DNA of 64,000 nt from the human T2T-CHM13v2.0 reference genome, Homo sapiens (GCF_009914755.1 NC_060936.1), one strand, 5' to 3'; counted from the first letter of the stretch, positions 14,701 through 31,380 are shown. Made by a program: numbers and translations. The notes: a model not told the origin generated them from the letters alone.

Positions 14701-16506
14701 GCTAGAGGAATATGGATAGTCATACGGGGGTGGGCAAAAAATACGACAATTCTTTTGTCTCTAAATGGGCACTAAAGTTAGTGCCCCACAGAAAGCATTT
14801 ACCATTAAAGTGGCACAGAACATCCCAGTAAACAAAATGAATCAGGCAACTGCCATTAACCAGCTTCACGGGACTGAACGTTTGTGCCTCCAACCCCGAA
14901 TTTACATATTAAAATTCTAACCTTCAATATGATGTTATACCATATTGGGGGCCTTTGGAAGGAGGTGGGGCCTTTGGAAGATAACTAAGTCATAAGGGTG
15001 GAGCCCTCATGAACAGGATCAATGTGCTTATGAAAGGAACCACAGAGAGCTCACTTGTCCTCTTTACTATGTGAGGATACTGAGAAAAGACACCTGTCTG
15101 CAAACCAGAAGATGGCCTTTACAGAACCCAACCACTCTGGTCTCAGACTTCCAGGTTTTGGAATTGTGAGAAATAAGTGTTTTTTTTATAAGCCTGTCTA
15201 TAGTATTTTGTTATAGCAAACCAAATGAAGACACCAGCATTAATCACTAGTCACCCCCACTACTGACACTATGGGCACTAAAGTGGGATGGCCACAGTGG
15301 TAGAGAAAGAAGTCTCTTATTGGCCCAACAATTTGGACTCCCACTACTGATCTAACTACTGCTGCCTCTGAATTTCCAACCTGTCATCAACAGAGACCAC
15401 TGCTGAGCCCCCAGTATGATGCTACTTCAAAGATCCACCAGGCACTTGGTAACAAGTTGATTGCAATGGACCCCTTGTGACTTGGAAGAGCCAGGGTTGT
15501 TCTTCACAGAAATTGATATTTATTCCAGGTATGGATTTGCCTTTCTTGCCCCAAAAGCATCATCCAGCACCATTATGAAAGGGATTAAGGAATACTTAAT
15601 CTGTAAGCACGAAATCTCACCCAACATGGCATCAGAAGAGTAGGCCCCCTTCACAGCAAAGGAGTTGCAGGGACAGGTCTATAGTCATGGAATCCTGTGA
15701 ATATATCACATGCAATCAGAGGCAGCCAGCCTCATAGGCAAAGATAAAGTGCCACCTTGGAAAAATACTCTGAAAAGATAGATTTTTCTCCTTTGGGGTG
15801 AAGTATATGCATTAAATCAGAAACCTTTACATTGTCCTGCTTCCCCTACCCCCACCTTCCCCCAGTAGAAAGAATATATGGATTCAGAAATGAAGAAGTC
15901 GAAGTGGCTCACTCTCCATCAGCTCCCAGCTGAAGGACTTGGTGTTTCCTGTTTCTACAACTCTGGGGTCTGCAGGGGTGGAAGTCTTGCTCCCCTTGCT
16001 ATTACCACCTTGCTGTACCATTGCCAGGTAGTATAGAAAAGGTCCTGTTGAACCACAATCTATTGCAGCTGCCAGAGCACTTTAAAATTTTTGACAAAGA
16101 CCATCAGTTGAAAAGAGGTATCACAATCTTGATAAGAATATTTGGCTCTGATCATCAGGCAGAGGAAAGGCTACTTGTTCACAATAGAGGCAGGAGGGAA
16201 TATGTGTGGAATTCAGGTGATTTCTGGAGCAATTTTAACTGTGAAAAGATGTGCAGAAATCACATACTGAGAGGGGTGCAATTGTCAATACTTTAGATTC
16301 CTCAGATAAGCCATCAAGACCTGCTATGGTCAGAGCTGAGGGTAAGGAAATAACTGCATTGACGGGGCTACAATTCATCTTACTAACCTCCTACTTGTAA
16401 GTTCCCTCTTACAAAGAAGAAAGACCCCCTGTACTCCCCCCAGAAGCCAGGGAGGAGCTGCCCCCTTGAATGTACATAGAGAAGTAGATCTGTGCGAGGG
16501 ATAGAC
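11799..16506 (+). mobile_element. HERV16 (ERV-L class) internal region: decayed gag/pro/RT/integrase/dUTPase
   Basis: gag-like FTRAIRNALVR (ORF 12757); RT H-Y-T-D-D-M-M-L (YTDD at 14120-14131); IN-like IDIYSRYGFAF (ORF 15461); dUTPase-like LPEHF...RGITIL...EYVWNSGD (ORF 16021); purine-rich tract before the 3' LTR; many stops and frameshifts. Confidence 0.85.
14865..15233 (+). mobile_element. MLT1A/MSTD-type MaLR solo LTR inserted in HERV16 pol
   Basis: gaggtggggcctttgg...gggtggagccctcatgaa...ttttgttatagc...aagaca; 5-bp TSD ccagc (14860-14864, 15234-15238). Confidence 0.9.
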
Positions 16507-16915
16507 TATAATGGCAAATGTGCTTTTCAGATCTTTCACCGTGAGTAGTAACTGCCACCCCTCTAGAAATAACTACCACATTCTCATAAGGCTATACTTT
16601 CCCCAGGCTGCTCCCAGCCAAAGACTGGACGAGGTGAGAGATACTAGTGCTGGCCCATTTCTACAGAAGCAGGGATCCTCTAACAGGTGACTTTGGTTTG
16701 AGGGACGAAGTCCTGCCTAAAGCCTTTTTGGAAGTGGGCTACAGTCTGAGACCCTTCCTGCCTAATCCTCCTTCCTTCTTCCTCTTTGTTCACAGCTGTT
16801 ATACCTGCATTGAGCTCTGAAGGTGCTTCCTGCTTATTACTGCCTTCTCCTCTTTATTCTTCATAGGACTTTCCCAACAAATTATCATGCATAGTTAAGG
16901 ACCCAAACCTATCCA
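16507..16915 (+). mobile_element. LTR16A-like 3' LTR of HERV16
   Basis: ccccaggctgctcccagccaaagactg...cagtctgagacccttcctgcctaatcctccttcc...tctgaagg...ggacccaaac; homologous to the 5' LTR. Confidence 0.85.
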
Positions 16916-16929
16916 ATACATTATTTCAA

Positions 16930-16999
16930 TTAAGTAATCGCAGTTTTTGCCGTTAAAAGTAATAGTGAAAACCACAATGACATTTGCTCCAATTTAATA
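16930..16999. mobile_element. MADE1 (Hsmar1-derived MITE)
   Basis: Palindromic aagtaatcgcagtttttgccgttaaaagtaatagtgaaaaccacaatgacatttgctccaatttaata. Confidence 0.75.
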
Positions 17000-19900
17000 G
17001 CTAAGATTATTTTGAATGACTACTCTCTTATAAACCATATTAGCAATCTTAATATCAATACAAGTTGTTGGAAATGGCTCTTAACAACTCTCTTGCAGTT
17101 TATATCACCACAGGGGGGAAATTTCTTGTTATTGGCTGTGGGTTTTCAGCTGGTTGTAAATTGACTCAAGTGCCATGTCCTGCATTTATTTTATTTTCTC
17201 CCAGAAATGTCCTAAGTGATTTGTTAACAAAAAATCTGGAGTCAAAATACAACCTAACTATAACAGTCCCTTAAAATATCACTGAATTTATTAAAAGAAA
17301 TGTGGTTAGTTTGGTATGAATTTTTCCTTAGGCCACTAATGAGAAGTTCTCTTTATGACTGCATTCTTTATACATCTATAAATCATGAATTATTATATAT
17401 ATATATATATTTGCTTTTTATTTTCGATGGCGGGGGCTAGTCTTGGCCTGTACATGCTCAAATTCAGAAAGTCTCATAATTCCGAAAGGATAAAGGGTAG
17501 AAAGTCTCTCCTATATCTGTTCAGAGTCCATTATTTCCCTTCTCATGAAAAACCAATGTTATTAATTTTTGTGTATTCTTCAATAGTAATTAAATGTGTG
17601 TAGATGCATGCACAACACACATACACACTCATACCTTGTTCTTTTAATTTATTAAAATTAATTATTAATTCTATATTTTGGGGGACTTTTCATATCAATA
17701 TTTGAAAATGTTCCATGCTCATTTTTATTATCAAATGGTCTTTTATTGGTTAAATGTACTATAATTTGTTTAACATGTTTTATGTTAGTAATATTTTTGT
17801 TTTGTCCAGTATTTTACAATTATTAAGAATTCTTAATGAAAAAACATTACATAAACATTATTTTGCATATGTAGAGTATGTCTGTAGAAATTTGAAGTAG
17901 AACTGCTTTGTTGTAAGTTGTATATTTGTAATTTTGATAGATATTGCCAAATTTCCCTTCATAGCAGTTGTGCCAATTTACACTACTGCCACCAGTGTAA
18001 GAAAGTTCCGTTTCCTTATACCTTTATGATCACAAGAACTTGCCAAACTTTTGAATCTTTCTTATTCTGATAGGTAAAATATTATATATCAATGTAGTTT
18101 TAATTTGCATTTTTCTTACTAACAGTGTTGTTGAACAGCTTCATATGTATTTAAGAGCCATTTGTATATCTTTCTTTGAGTGTTCTAAGTCTATAGTTTT
18201 TGCCCATGGTGAAAAGTGTTCTTTTTTTATCAGATTGTAGCAACTTCTCATACTTTAAGAAAATTAGATCTTTATTATTTACATAAACTATGAATATTTT
18301 CCCAGATTTTATGTATAATTTTTCATTTGTGTGTATTAAAATTTATTACACATTTATGGCTTCAAAGTTTTGTGTCATAGAATAAAATTCTCTGTTTAGA
18401 GATTATAAAATAATTCTTCCATAGTTTAAAAAATACTCTAATGGTTATATCTTATACATTCAAATCACAGTCCCATTTGAAATTTTGCTCGTGTAAAGAA
18501 TTGGGTGTAAATCAAACTATTTTTTTTTCAGCTGGTTACCCATATGTCCAAACATCATTAATTAAATAATATATTTTTATTTTATGATTTGATCCACTGC
18601 TACCATATTAAATACAATGTGTATATTCTTTTGTATTTTATCCTGTTCCATTGACCTGTTAATCAGAGTACTTGTGACATACTGTTTTAATTTTTCAGTA
18701 TATAAAATATAATTTGGAGGCAGAACAAGATGGTGAAATAGAAGACTCCACTGATCTTTCATCCCTGACACCCTGCAACCGCTGGCAAGGACATCAAGTT
18801 AACAACTGTGTACACAGAAAAAACAACTCATGAGAACCAAAAATCAAATAAGCACTCATAGTATCTGGTTTTAACTTCATGTCTCTGAAAGAGGCATTGA
18901 AGAGAGAATTCTTTCAGTCCTGACTCCTCAATGCCACCCTTTCCCCACTGCCCAGCAGCAGCAGAGGTGTGGTCTGGAGAGTATCTCTGGCGGTTGGGGG
19001 ACAGCGAACACAGCAATTGTGAGGCATTGAACTCAGTGCTGTCCTGTTGAGCATAAAGGAAAACCAGCTGATGCCTGCCCACAGAGGAGCATTTAACCAG
19101 CACCAGCCCTCGTCAGAGGGGAATCACCCATCCCAGGGGTCAGAACTTGAATGCCAGCAAACCTTGCCACCAAGGGCTACAAGAACTCTGTGTCTCCAAG
19201 TAAACACAGGACACAAGGACTGCAACTCTTAGGTGAGTCCTAGTGCTGAACTAGGCCCAGAGACACTGGACTGGGGTGGGGGATCTCACAACATACTGAG
19301 ACACCAGCTGTGGCAGCCAAGAGAGTGCTGGCATCGCCCCTCCCCTAAGCCCAGGCTGCTCAGCTCATGGCTCCAAAAGAGACCCTTTCCTTCCACTTAA
19401 GGAGAGGAGAGGGAAGAGTGGGAGGACTTTGTCTTGCATCTTGGACACCAACCCAGCCACAGCAGGATAGGGCACCAGACAGAGGCCAGTGAGGCCCCCT
19501 TTCCAGGCCCTAGCTCCCAGATGACATTTCTAGACAAATCCTGAGCCAGAAGGGAACCCACTACCTTGAAGGAAAGGACCTATTACTGACAGGATTCATC
19601 ACCTGCTAACTGAAGAGCCCTTGGGCACTGAATAACCAGCGGCAATACCCAGGTATTACATCAAGAGACTTGAGTGACCCTCTAAGATTTGCTGGCTTCA
19701 GGAGAGATTTAGTATAATTACTAGCTGTGTTGGCTATAGGACAAAACCTCTTCTGCTGGAGAAATGTAGAGGGAAACATAAAGGAGACTTTGTCTTGAAC
19801 CTTAGGTACCAGCATGATTCTGGAGGGCAGAGGCAGGCAGAGCACATAGTGGGCTTTTGAAGTTTCCCAATTCTAGGACTTAACTCTTGGACAGCATTCC

Positions 19901-22650
19901 TGGAGCTGCCTTGGGCCAGAGGGGAGCCCATTTCCTTGAAGCGTAAGTTTCAGGCCAGACGACATTCTCCACAGGCTAATTTAAGAGCTCTAGGGCCATA
20001 AGGGAACATTGACTGGTGGTCTGATAGCATTCCTTGTGTCCTGGGGTGGAGGTGGCTACACAGTGAGGCTTCTCTGCCTTTGGAAATGGGATGGAAGAAG
20101 GGGAAGGACTGTGTCTTGTGGTTTGAGTGCCAGCTGAGTTGCAACATATAGAACACCAGCTGGACTTCTAAAGTTCTGACTCTAGGCCATGACTCCTGGA
20201 CAGCACCTCTGGATTCACCCAGGGCCTGGGGACCTCACCACACTAAAGGGAAGGACACAGCCCTGGCTGGATTTGCCACCTGCTGACTATAGAACCCCAG
20301 GGCCTTGAGTGAATATAGGCAGTAGCCAGGGAGTGATTACAGCAGACCTTGGGTGAGACCCAGTGCTGTTTTGGCTTCAGGTCTGACCCAGCGCAGTTAT
20401 ACTAGTGATAGGCACAAGAGTGCTTGTGTCACTCCACCCCTTCTCTGTTTGGGAGAAAGTAAGGGTAGACAACAGGAGCCTCTGCCTGGTAATCTAGAGA
20501 ATTCTCCTGGATCTTGTCCAAGATTATCAAGGTGGTACCTCTACACATTTGCAAGAACCACAGCATTACTGGGCTTGGGGTGCCCCAAAACATAGATACA
20601 GCTTAGATCACAACACCCAAGGCCTTTCAAATATCTGGAAAGCCTTCCCAAGAAAGATGGCTACAAATAAGCCCATTCGGTGACAACTGCAATATAAATA
20701 CCTGAATCTTTAATGCCCAGACATTGAAGAATATATACTGGCATCAACGCCAACCAGGAAAACATGACCTCATGAAGTAAACTACATAAGACACCAGGGA
20801 TCAATCCTAGGGAAACAGATGTGTGACTTTTCAGACAGAGAAGTCAAAATAGCTGTGTTGTGGAAACACAAAGAAATTCAAGATAACACAGAGAATGAAT
20901 TCAGAATTGTATCAGATAAATTTAATAAAGAGATTGAAATAGTTTAAAAGAATCAAGAGGAAATTCTGGAACTGAAAAATCCAATTGGCCTACTGAAGAA
21001 TGCATCATAGTCCTTTAATAGTAGAATAGATTAAGCAGAATTAGTAAGCTTAAAGACAAGATGACAAAAAATACACAGTCAGAAGAGAAAAAAGAATAAA
21101 ACACAATGATGCACACCTGGAAAATAGCCTCACATAGGCTCTAGAAAATAGAATCTAGAAAATAGCCTCAAAGGGCAAATATAAAAGTTATTGGCCTTAA
21201 AGAGAAGGTAGAGAAAGAGATAGGGTAAAAAGTTTTCAGAAGGATAATAAAAGAGAACTTCCCAAAGCCAGAGAAAGATACCAATATCCAAGTACAAGAA
21301 GGTTATAGTACACCAGCCATATTTAACCCAAAGAAGACTACCTCAAGGCTCTTAATAATCAAATTCTCAAAGGTCAAGGATAAAGAAAAGATCCTAAAAG
21401 CAGCAAGAGAAAATAAACAAATAACATACAATTGAGCTCTAATAATTCTGGGAGCAGAGTTTTCAGTGGAAACCTTACAGGCCAGGAGAGAGTTGCTTGA
21501 CATGTTTAAAGTGCTGAAGGAAAAAAACTTTCACCCTAGAATAGTATATCCATTGAAAACATCCTTCAAATATGAAGGAGAAATAAAAACTTTCTCAGAC
21601 AAACAAAAGCTAAGGGATTTCATCAATAACAGACCTGTCCTTGAAGAAATGCTAAAGGGAGTACTTCAATCAGAAAGAAAAGGACACTGATGAGCAATAA
21701 CTAATGACTTGAAGATACCAAACTCACTGATAATAGTTAAGTACACAGAAAAACACAGAATATTATACCACTGTAATGGTGGTATCTAAACTACTCTAAG
21801 TAGAAAGACTAAACAATGAACCAATCAAAAATAATAACTTTTCAAGACATAGTAAAATAAGATATAAGTAGAGACAACAAAAGGTTAAAAAGCAGAGCAG
21901 TGAAGGTAAGTCATAGAGTTTTTATTAGTTTTCTTTTTGCTTGTTGTTTATCTATGCAAATCATGTTATTATCAGGTTAAAATAATGGGTTATAAAACAA
22001 CCCATTATTGCAAACCTCATGGTAACCTCAAACCAAAAAACATGCAATGGACACATAATAAATAAAAAACAAGAAACTATATCACCAGAGAAAATCCCCT
22101 TCACTAGAGGAAGACAGGAAGGAAAGAAGAAAGGAAGAGAAGACCACAAAACAACCAAAAAACAAATAACAAAATGGCAGGAATAAGTTCTTACTTATCA
22201 ATAATAATACTGAATGTAAATGGACTACACTCTCCAGTAAAATGTCATAGACTGGCTGAACGGATAAAAAAAAGCCAGACTCCCACATCACCTATAAAGA
22301 CACATATTGAAAATAAAGGGATGGAAAAAGATATGCCATGCCAATAAAAGCCAAAAAGAGCAAGAGTTGCTATACTTACATTAGACAAAATAGATTTCAA
22401 GACAAAAACTATAAGAAGAGATAAAGAAGGACACTATATAATGATAAAGGGGTCAATTCAATGAGAAGATATAACAATTTTAAATATATATGCACCCAAT
22501 ACTGGAGCACCCAGATATATGAAGGAAACATCATTAGAGCTAAAGAAAGAGACAAGCACCAATACAATAATAGCTGAAGACTTCAACATCTGACTTTCAG
22601 CATTGAAAAGATCTTCCAGACAGAAAATCAACAAAGAAACATCAGACGTA

Positions 22651-23025
<375 letters not shown>

Positions 23026-23142
23026 TTACAGAAAATTTCATCCAAGAGCTGCAAAATATGCAGAATACACATTCTTTTCTTCAACATATTGATAATTCTC
23101 AAGGATAAATCATATGTTAGGTCTCAAAACAAATATTAAAAC

Positions 23143-24217
<1,075 letters not shown>

Positions 24218-27200
24218 TAAAACATTTTAAAAAAAGAAATAATATCAAGCATCTTATCTGACTAGAAATTAATGACAAGGAATTTTGGAAATTATACAAA
24301 CACATGGAAATTACACAACATGCTACCGAATGACCAGTGAGTCAATTAATAAATTAAGAAGGAAATTGAAAATTTTCTTGAAACAAATAACAATAGAAAC
24401 ACAACATATCAAAACCTATGGAATACAGCAAATGCAGTACTAAATTGGAATTTTATAGCTATAAGTGCCTTCATCAAAAAAGAACAGAAACTTCAAATAA
24501 ACAATCTAATGATGCATGTTAAATAACTAGAAAAACAAGAGCAAACCAAACCCAAAATTAGTAGAAGACAATAAATAATTAAACAAAGAAGACATAAATA
24601 GAAATTTTTAAACATACAAAAGATCAATGAAACAAAAAGTTGTGTTTGTTTTACAAAATTGTGCTAAACAAAATTGAAAAACCTTTAGCCAGACTAAGAA
24701 AAAAATACAGAAGATCCAAATAGATAAAATCAGAAATAAAAAAGGAGACATTACAATTGATACTACAGAAATTCAAAGAATTGTTAGTGGCTACTATGAG
24801 CAACTACATGCCAATAAATTGGAAAATCGAGAAGAAATGGACAAATTCCTACATACATGCAACCTACTCAGAATGAACCCAGAAGAAATCCAAAACCTGA
24901 ACAGACCAATAATAACTAACGAGATCAAAGACGTAATAAGAAGTATCCTATGAAAGAAAAGCCTGGGACCCAATGGCTTTACTGCTAAATTCTACCAAAT
25001 ATTTAAAGAACTAATACCAATCCTACTCAAACTATCCTGAAAAATAGAGGAGAGAATACTTTCAAACTCATTCTATGAGGCCAGTATTAACCTTGATAAG
25101 AAAACCAGACAAAGACACATGCATATGCGCGTGCACACACACACACACAACTACAGGCCAATATCTCTGATGAGTATTCATGCAAACATCCTCAACAAAA
25201 TACTAGCAAACTGAGTTCAATAATACATAGAAAGATCATCCTTCATGACCAAATGGGATTTATTCCAGGGATGCAAGGATGGTTCAACACACAAAAATTA
25301 ATCAATGTGATACCTTATGTCAACAGAATGAAGGATGAAAGCCATATGATCATGTTAATGGATACTGGAAAAGCATTTGATAAAATTCAATATTCCTTCA
25401 TGATAAAAACCCTACATAACCGGGAATAGAAGGAACATACCTCAAAATAATAAAAACCATATACTACAGACTCACAGCTAGTATCATATTGAATGGGCAA
25501 AAACTGAAAGCCTTTTCTCTAAGATCCGGAATGCAATAAGGATGTCCACTGTCACCACTGTTATTCAACATAGTACTGGAAGTCCTAGCTAGAGCAATCA
25601 GACAAGAGAAAGAAACAAATGGCATTTAAATTGGAAAGGAACAAGTCAAATTATTCTTGTTTTCAGATAATATTATCTTATATTTGGAAAAACTTAAAGA
25701 CTCCACCAAAAATGTATTCGAAGTACTGAACAAATGCTGTGAAGTTGCAGGATACAAATTCAACATAAAAAAATAGCATTTCTATATGCCAATAGTGAAC
25801 AATGTGAAAAAGAAATTTTAAAAATCTGATTTGCAATAGCCACATGTAAAATTTAATACATAGGCATTAATCAAAGTGAAAGATCGCTATAAGGGAAACT
25901 ATAAAACATTGATAAAGGAAATTGAAGAGAACACCAAAAATGGAAAAAACTCCATGTTTATGGATTGGAATAACCAATATTGGTAAACGTCCATACTACA
26001 TAAAGCAATTTACAGATTCCATATAATTTCTATCAAAATATCAATGACATTCTTCATAGAAATAGAAAAAAATTCTAAAATTGATATGGAACCACAAAAG
26101 ACCCAGAGTAGCCAAAGCTATCCTGAGCCAAAAGAACAAAACTGGAGGAATCACATTACCTTACTTCAGATTATACTACACAGCTGTGGTAATCATAACA
26201 TATTGGTACCAGCATAAAAACAGACACATAGGCCAATGGAACAGAATGTAGAGTCCAGAAACAAATTCATACACCTATAGTGAGCTCATCTTTGACAAAA
26301 CTGCCAAGAACATACAATGGGGAAAGGACAGTGTCTTCAATAAATGGTGCTGGGAAAACTGGATATCCATATGCAGCAAAATGAAACTAGACTCCTATCT
26401 CTCACCATATAAAAAAAATCAAAATGGATTAAATACTTAAATCTAATAACTTAAACTATGAAACTACTAGAAGAAAACATTGGGGAAAATCTCCAGGACA
26501 CTGGTCTGGGCAAAAATTTCATGAGTAACACCCAACAAGCACAGGCAACCAAAGCAAACATGGACAAATAGGATCACACCAAGTTAAAAAGCTTCTGCAC
26601 AGCGAAGGATATAGTCAACAAAGTGAAGAGACAACCCACAGAATGGGAGAGAGTATTCGCAAATCTCCCATCTGACAAGAGATTAATAATCAGAATATAT
26701 AATGAGCTCAAACAACTCTACGGGAAAAAAAATCTAACAATTAAAATGGGCAAAAATTTGAGTAAACATTTCTCAAAAGAAGACATACAAATGGCAAAGA
26801 GGCACATGAAAAGGTGCTCAGTCGGAGAAATGCAAATCAAAACTACAATGAGATAACATCTCATCCCACTTAAAATGGCTTATATGCAAAAAGGCAATAA
26901 CAAATGCTCGCAAGGATATAAAGAAAAGGGAACCCTTGTGCGCTGTTGGTGGTAATGTAAATTGGTGCAACTATTACGGAGAACAGTTTGAAGGTTCCTT
27001 AAAAAGCTAAAAATTGAGCTACCATATGATCCAACCATTCTACTGCTGGGTATATATCCAAAAGAAAGGAAATCAGTATGTCAAAGAGCTGTCTGTACTC
27101 CTATGTTTGTTGCAGCACTGTTTACAATAGCTAAGATTTGAAAGCAACCTGTGTCCATCAACAAATGAATAAAGAAAATGTGATACATATACACAATGGA

Positions 27201-28531
27201 GGACGATTCAGCCATAAAAAAGAGCAAGATCCAGTCACTTGCAACAGGGATGGAACTGGAGATCATTATGTTAAGTGAAATAAGCCAGGAACAGAAAGAC
27301 AAACATCACCTGTTCTCACTTACTTGTGGGATCTAAAAATTAAAACATTGAACTCACAAACATAGAGAGTAGTAGGATGGTTACCAGAGGCTGGGAAGGG
27401 AAGTGGGAGGGTGAAGTGAGGAGAGGAGTGGATGGTTTACAGGTACAAAAAAAATACAAGAATCAATAAAACCTACTATTTGATAACATAATAGGATGAC
27501 TATAGTCAATAATAACTTAATTGTATATTTTAAAATAACTTAGAGTGTGATTGGATTGTTTATAACTCAAGGGTTAAATGCTTGAGGGGATGGATACCCC
27601 ATTCTCCATAATGTGTTTATTTCACATTGCATGCCTGTATCAAATCATCATACCCCATAAATACACATATCTATTATGTATGCACAAAAATTTAAAATTT
27701 AAAGTTAAAAATAAAATATTATCTAGTTTAGACCAAACTCCTTTCTTTTTCCTGCTTTTTGTCAAAATTTTTGTAGTTATTCATATTTATTTTTCCCATA
27801 TTAAAGTAAGATCAGCTCATCTATTGAAATTAAAAACACACTTGATATTGCAATAGGAATGCATTAAATATATACATTAATTGGATATAATTACATGTTT
27901 ATCATGTGCCTGTCCCAGAACATGGATGCTTCCTATTTTATTTCAAGTCTACCTTGGAGAGCTTATTATTTTATATGTAAATAATGCATAACCATTTTAT
28001 ATTTATTTCTGTTTTATCTTTTATTTGCTATTATGTGTTATTTTTTCTTCACATATTTAGCTATTAATTACATATCTGAACTATTTATTTATATTTTTTG
28101 TTTGCTTATTATGAAAGTATCTTAATTTTTTGTAATTGTTTTGTTTTTGGAAATAAACTTGCAAATTGTTTTGATTCCTTTGTGATTTTCCAATAACAAA
28201 ACATATCATTTGTATATTAGCAATAATATTATTTTTTTTTCAAAAATTTGTACCAATGATCATTTTTCTTTTCTAATCGTTTTGGTTAGTAGCTTTAGAA
28301 CAATAATAAGAAATATTTTGTTTTTTGATGTTAATGTTTTCCCATTAAGAATGATGTTGACTTGTCATCTGAGATAAATATATTTTATCATGTTAAGTAA
28401 GTTCATCTGCTCTATTTTATTAAATTTTAAAAACACATATTAGATTTTGGACTGTCTTTTCAGCAAGTATGGAACATGGTTTTAGTTCACAAATTTGTTT
28501 TAGTATTTTTTAACACTTGCATTTCTTTTAG

Positions 28532-28862
<331 letters not shown>

Positions 28863-30220
28863 TACCTGTATTTCTTTATAAGTGAAAGTGTTAATTCTCT
28901 TTTTAGTCGATTCTTTTGTGCTTTGATATCACATTTTGGGGGCTTTACAGAAATAATTAGAAGTTTTTTTTTTCTATGTTTGAGAATATTTTAAGTTATT
29001 TTGAAAATATTTGTTTTTCAAAACATTGTTATAACTTACTCTGACACAATGTGAGCTTCGTGCATTTTGGAAAACTGTGAGACCGAGCATCTTGACAAAT
29101 TTCTCATTTTATTGTAAGTATAACAATTCTGGTCTTTGTTTTTCACTTAAACTTTGCCATTTTCTCTGTCCATAAAATATATTTAAAAAGGGTGAACATA
29201 TCAGTGTCTTAGGACTGTTTCGATATGGTTATGTTTATATTATCACTTCTTCCTTTTCTCACCTATGATTTCTCCTTTTAAAAAATAAATTCATTTTTAT
29301 TGCTTTATTTTATTACTGTTCTTTTAAGAAGCAACTTTTGGATGTATTGGTTTAAGTGTTTTTCTCTTTTGCCATTTATTAACTCACTATTTTATTATTT
29401 TATTGCTTTAACAATTTTTTTCTAAATTTCTTAAGTTGGATGCATAATTCATTTATTTTCTTTCTTTTTGGAATTCTTTAATGCCACATTTGATTAAATT
29501 ATTTAAGCTGAAAATTTTACTCTGAACACAGTCTTAATAAGTTTCATGTATTGGATATGCAGTATTTTCACTATTATAATTTACTGGATATTTTAAATTT
29601 CAATTTAGATTTTTTAAAATAAATAATTTTATATGGGAAAGCTTTTTAAATCAGCTTTTAATGCTTTTGTTTTCTGTGTGTGTTTTTTTTAATTTTAGGT
29701 ATTTTTACACAGTGAAGGGAGGGCATAATCTAATATTACTTTTTGACATTTACTGAGGATTTCTTTCTAATACATGGGCAAATGCATTTCAAAATTTCAT
29801 ATTGCAAAAGTTCCATAGCCACTTGAAAGGACAGTCTATTCTCTCTTTTCAGGGTTTCGTATAAATCAATTATATTTACCCTTTTATTTGTGTAATTTAA
29901 ATCTCACGTGCCAGCTTTCATTTTTTTTTTTTTGTGCCTTGACTGTGATAAACTAAAAGGAATGAACCAAAATTTTACATTATTAGTAATTTTGTGTCTA
30001 TTTCTCATTGTAACTGGGAGTTTTTTTCTTTATGAATGTTGATGGCATATTGTTTATTGAAAATGTATTAATAACTTTTGTATCTTTACTTCCCACATTA
30101 TAAAGCATTCTACTTTGTCTCTTGTAATGCATTTTGCTCTGAATTAGATTTTGCCTCATGTGAATATGATTTCTGCCTTGTTTGTTTTTATTTTCTAGTG
30201 CACATTTGTCAATTCTTTTT

Positions 30221-31202
30221 TAATTCTAATTTTAAATTTCTGGGTACATGTGCAGGATGTGCAGGTTTGCTACATAGGTAAGTATGTGCCATGGTGGTTT
30301 GCTGCACTTATCAACCAATCACCTACGTATTAAACCCAGCATACATTAGCTATTATTCTTAATGCACTCCCTCCCCTCACCATACCCCCGAGAGGCCCCA
30401 GTGTGTGTTGTTCCTCTCCCTGTATCCACGTGTTTTCATTGTTCAGCTCCCACTTATAAGTGAGAACATGCAATGTTTGGTTTTCTGTTCCTGTGTTAGT
30501 TTGCTAAGGATAATGGTTTCCAGCTCCAGCCACATCCCTGCAAAGGACATGATCTCATTCTTTTCTATGGCTGCATAGTATTCCATGGTACTACATTTTC
30601 TTTACCTAGTCTATCATTAATGGGCATTTGGATTGATTTCATGTCTTTGCTATTGCTGCAAAGAATAGTGCTGCAAATGAACATATGTGTGCATGTATCT
30701 TTGTAATTCTATTTATATGCCTTTGGGTATATACCCAGTAAAGAGATTGCGGGGTCAAATGGTATTTCTGGTTCTAGATCTTTGAGGAATTACCACACCA
30801 TCTTACACAATGGTTGAACTAATTTACATTCCCACCAACAGTGTAAAAGCATTCCTATTTCTGTGCAACCTCATCAGCATCTGTTGTTTCTTGACTTTAA
30901 TAATCGCCATTCTGACTGTTGTGAGATGGTATCTTATTGTGGTTTTGATTTGCATTTCTCTAATGATCAGTGATGTTGAGCTTTTTTAAATGTTTCTTGG
31001 CCACATGAATATCTTCTTTTGAGTAGTGTCTGTTCATGTCCTTTGTCCACTTTTTAATGGGGTTGATTGTGGGTCTTTTTGTAAATTTGTTGAAGTTCCT
31101 TGTAGATTCTGGACATTAAACCTTTGTGGGATGGATAGATTGCAAACATTTTCTCCTATTCTGTAGGGTGCCTGTTCGCTCTGATGATAGTTTCTTTTGT
31201 TG
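30221..31202 (-). mobile_element. 5'-truncated L1PA8-like element
   Basis: gtacatgtgcaggatgtgcaggtttg...ccatggtggtttgctgcac; 14-bp TSD tgtcaattcttttt (30207-30220, 31203-31216). Confidence 0.9.
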
Positions 31203-31380
31203 TGTCAATTCTTTTTGACATCAATCTTTTTGAGACACTTTGCTTTAGACTGTCTTTCTGTTCATTCTAGTTGGGTTTCACTTTGTGATCCATTGAGTTT
31301 TTTTCTTTTAATAGGTAAGCATAGCCCATTTAGGTTAAATAATATCACAAGAATGTTTGATCTTAATTCTGTTGTACTTT

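Larger units (their letters stand above)
10690..17370 (-). mobile_element. L3/CR1 LINE remnant (10690-11385 and ~17000-17370) split by the HERV16 provirus and MADE1
   Basis: gaatcataaaac...ttggaagggaa; tctgccttcctgtaat...ctccctggagcaaaacaaaacaagtct...acagccttcaaatatttgaag; resumes aaagaaatgtggttagtttggtatga. Confidence 0.65.

Noticed and set aside
12757-16296. Domesticated ERV gene
   Set aside because: The gag, pol and dUTPase remnants are broken by stops, frameshifts and an LTR insertion.
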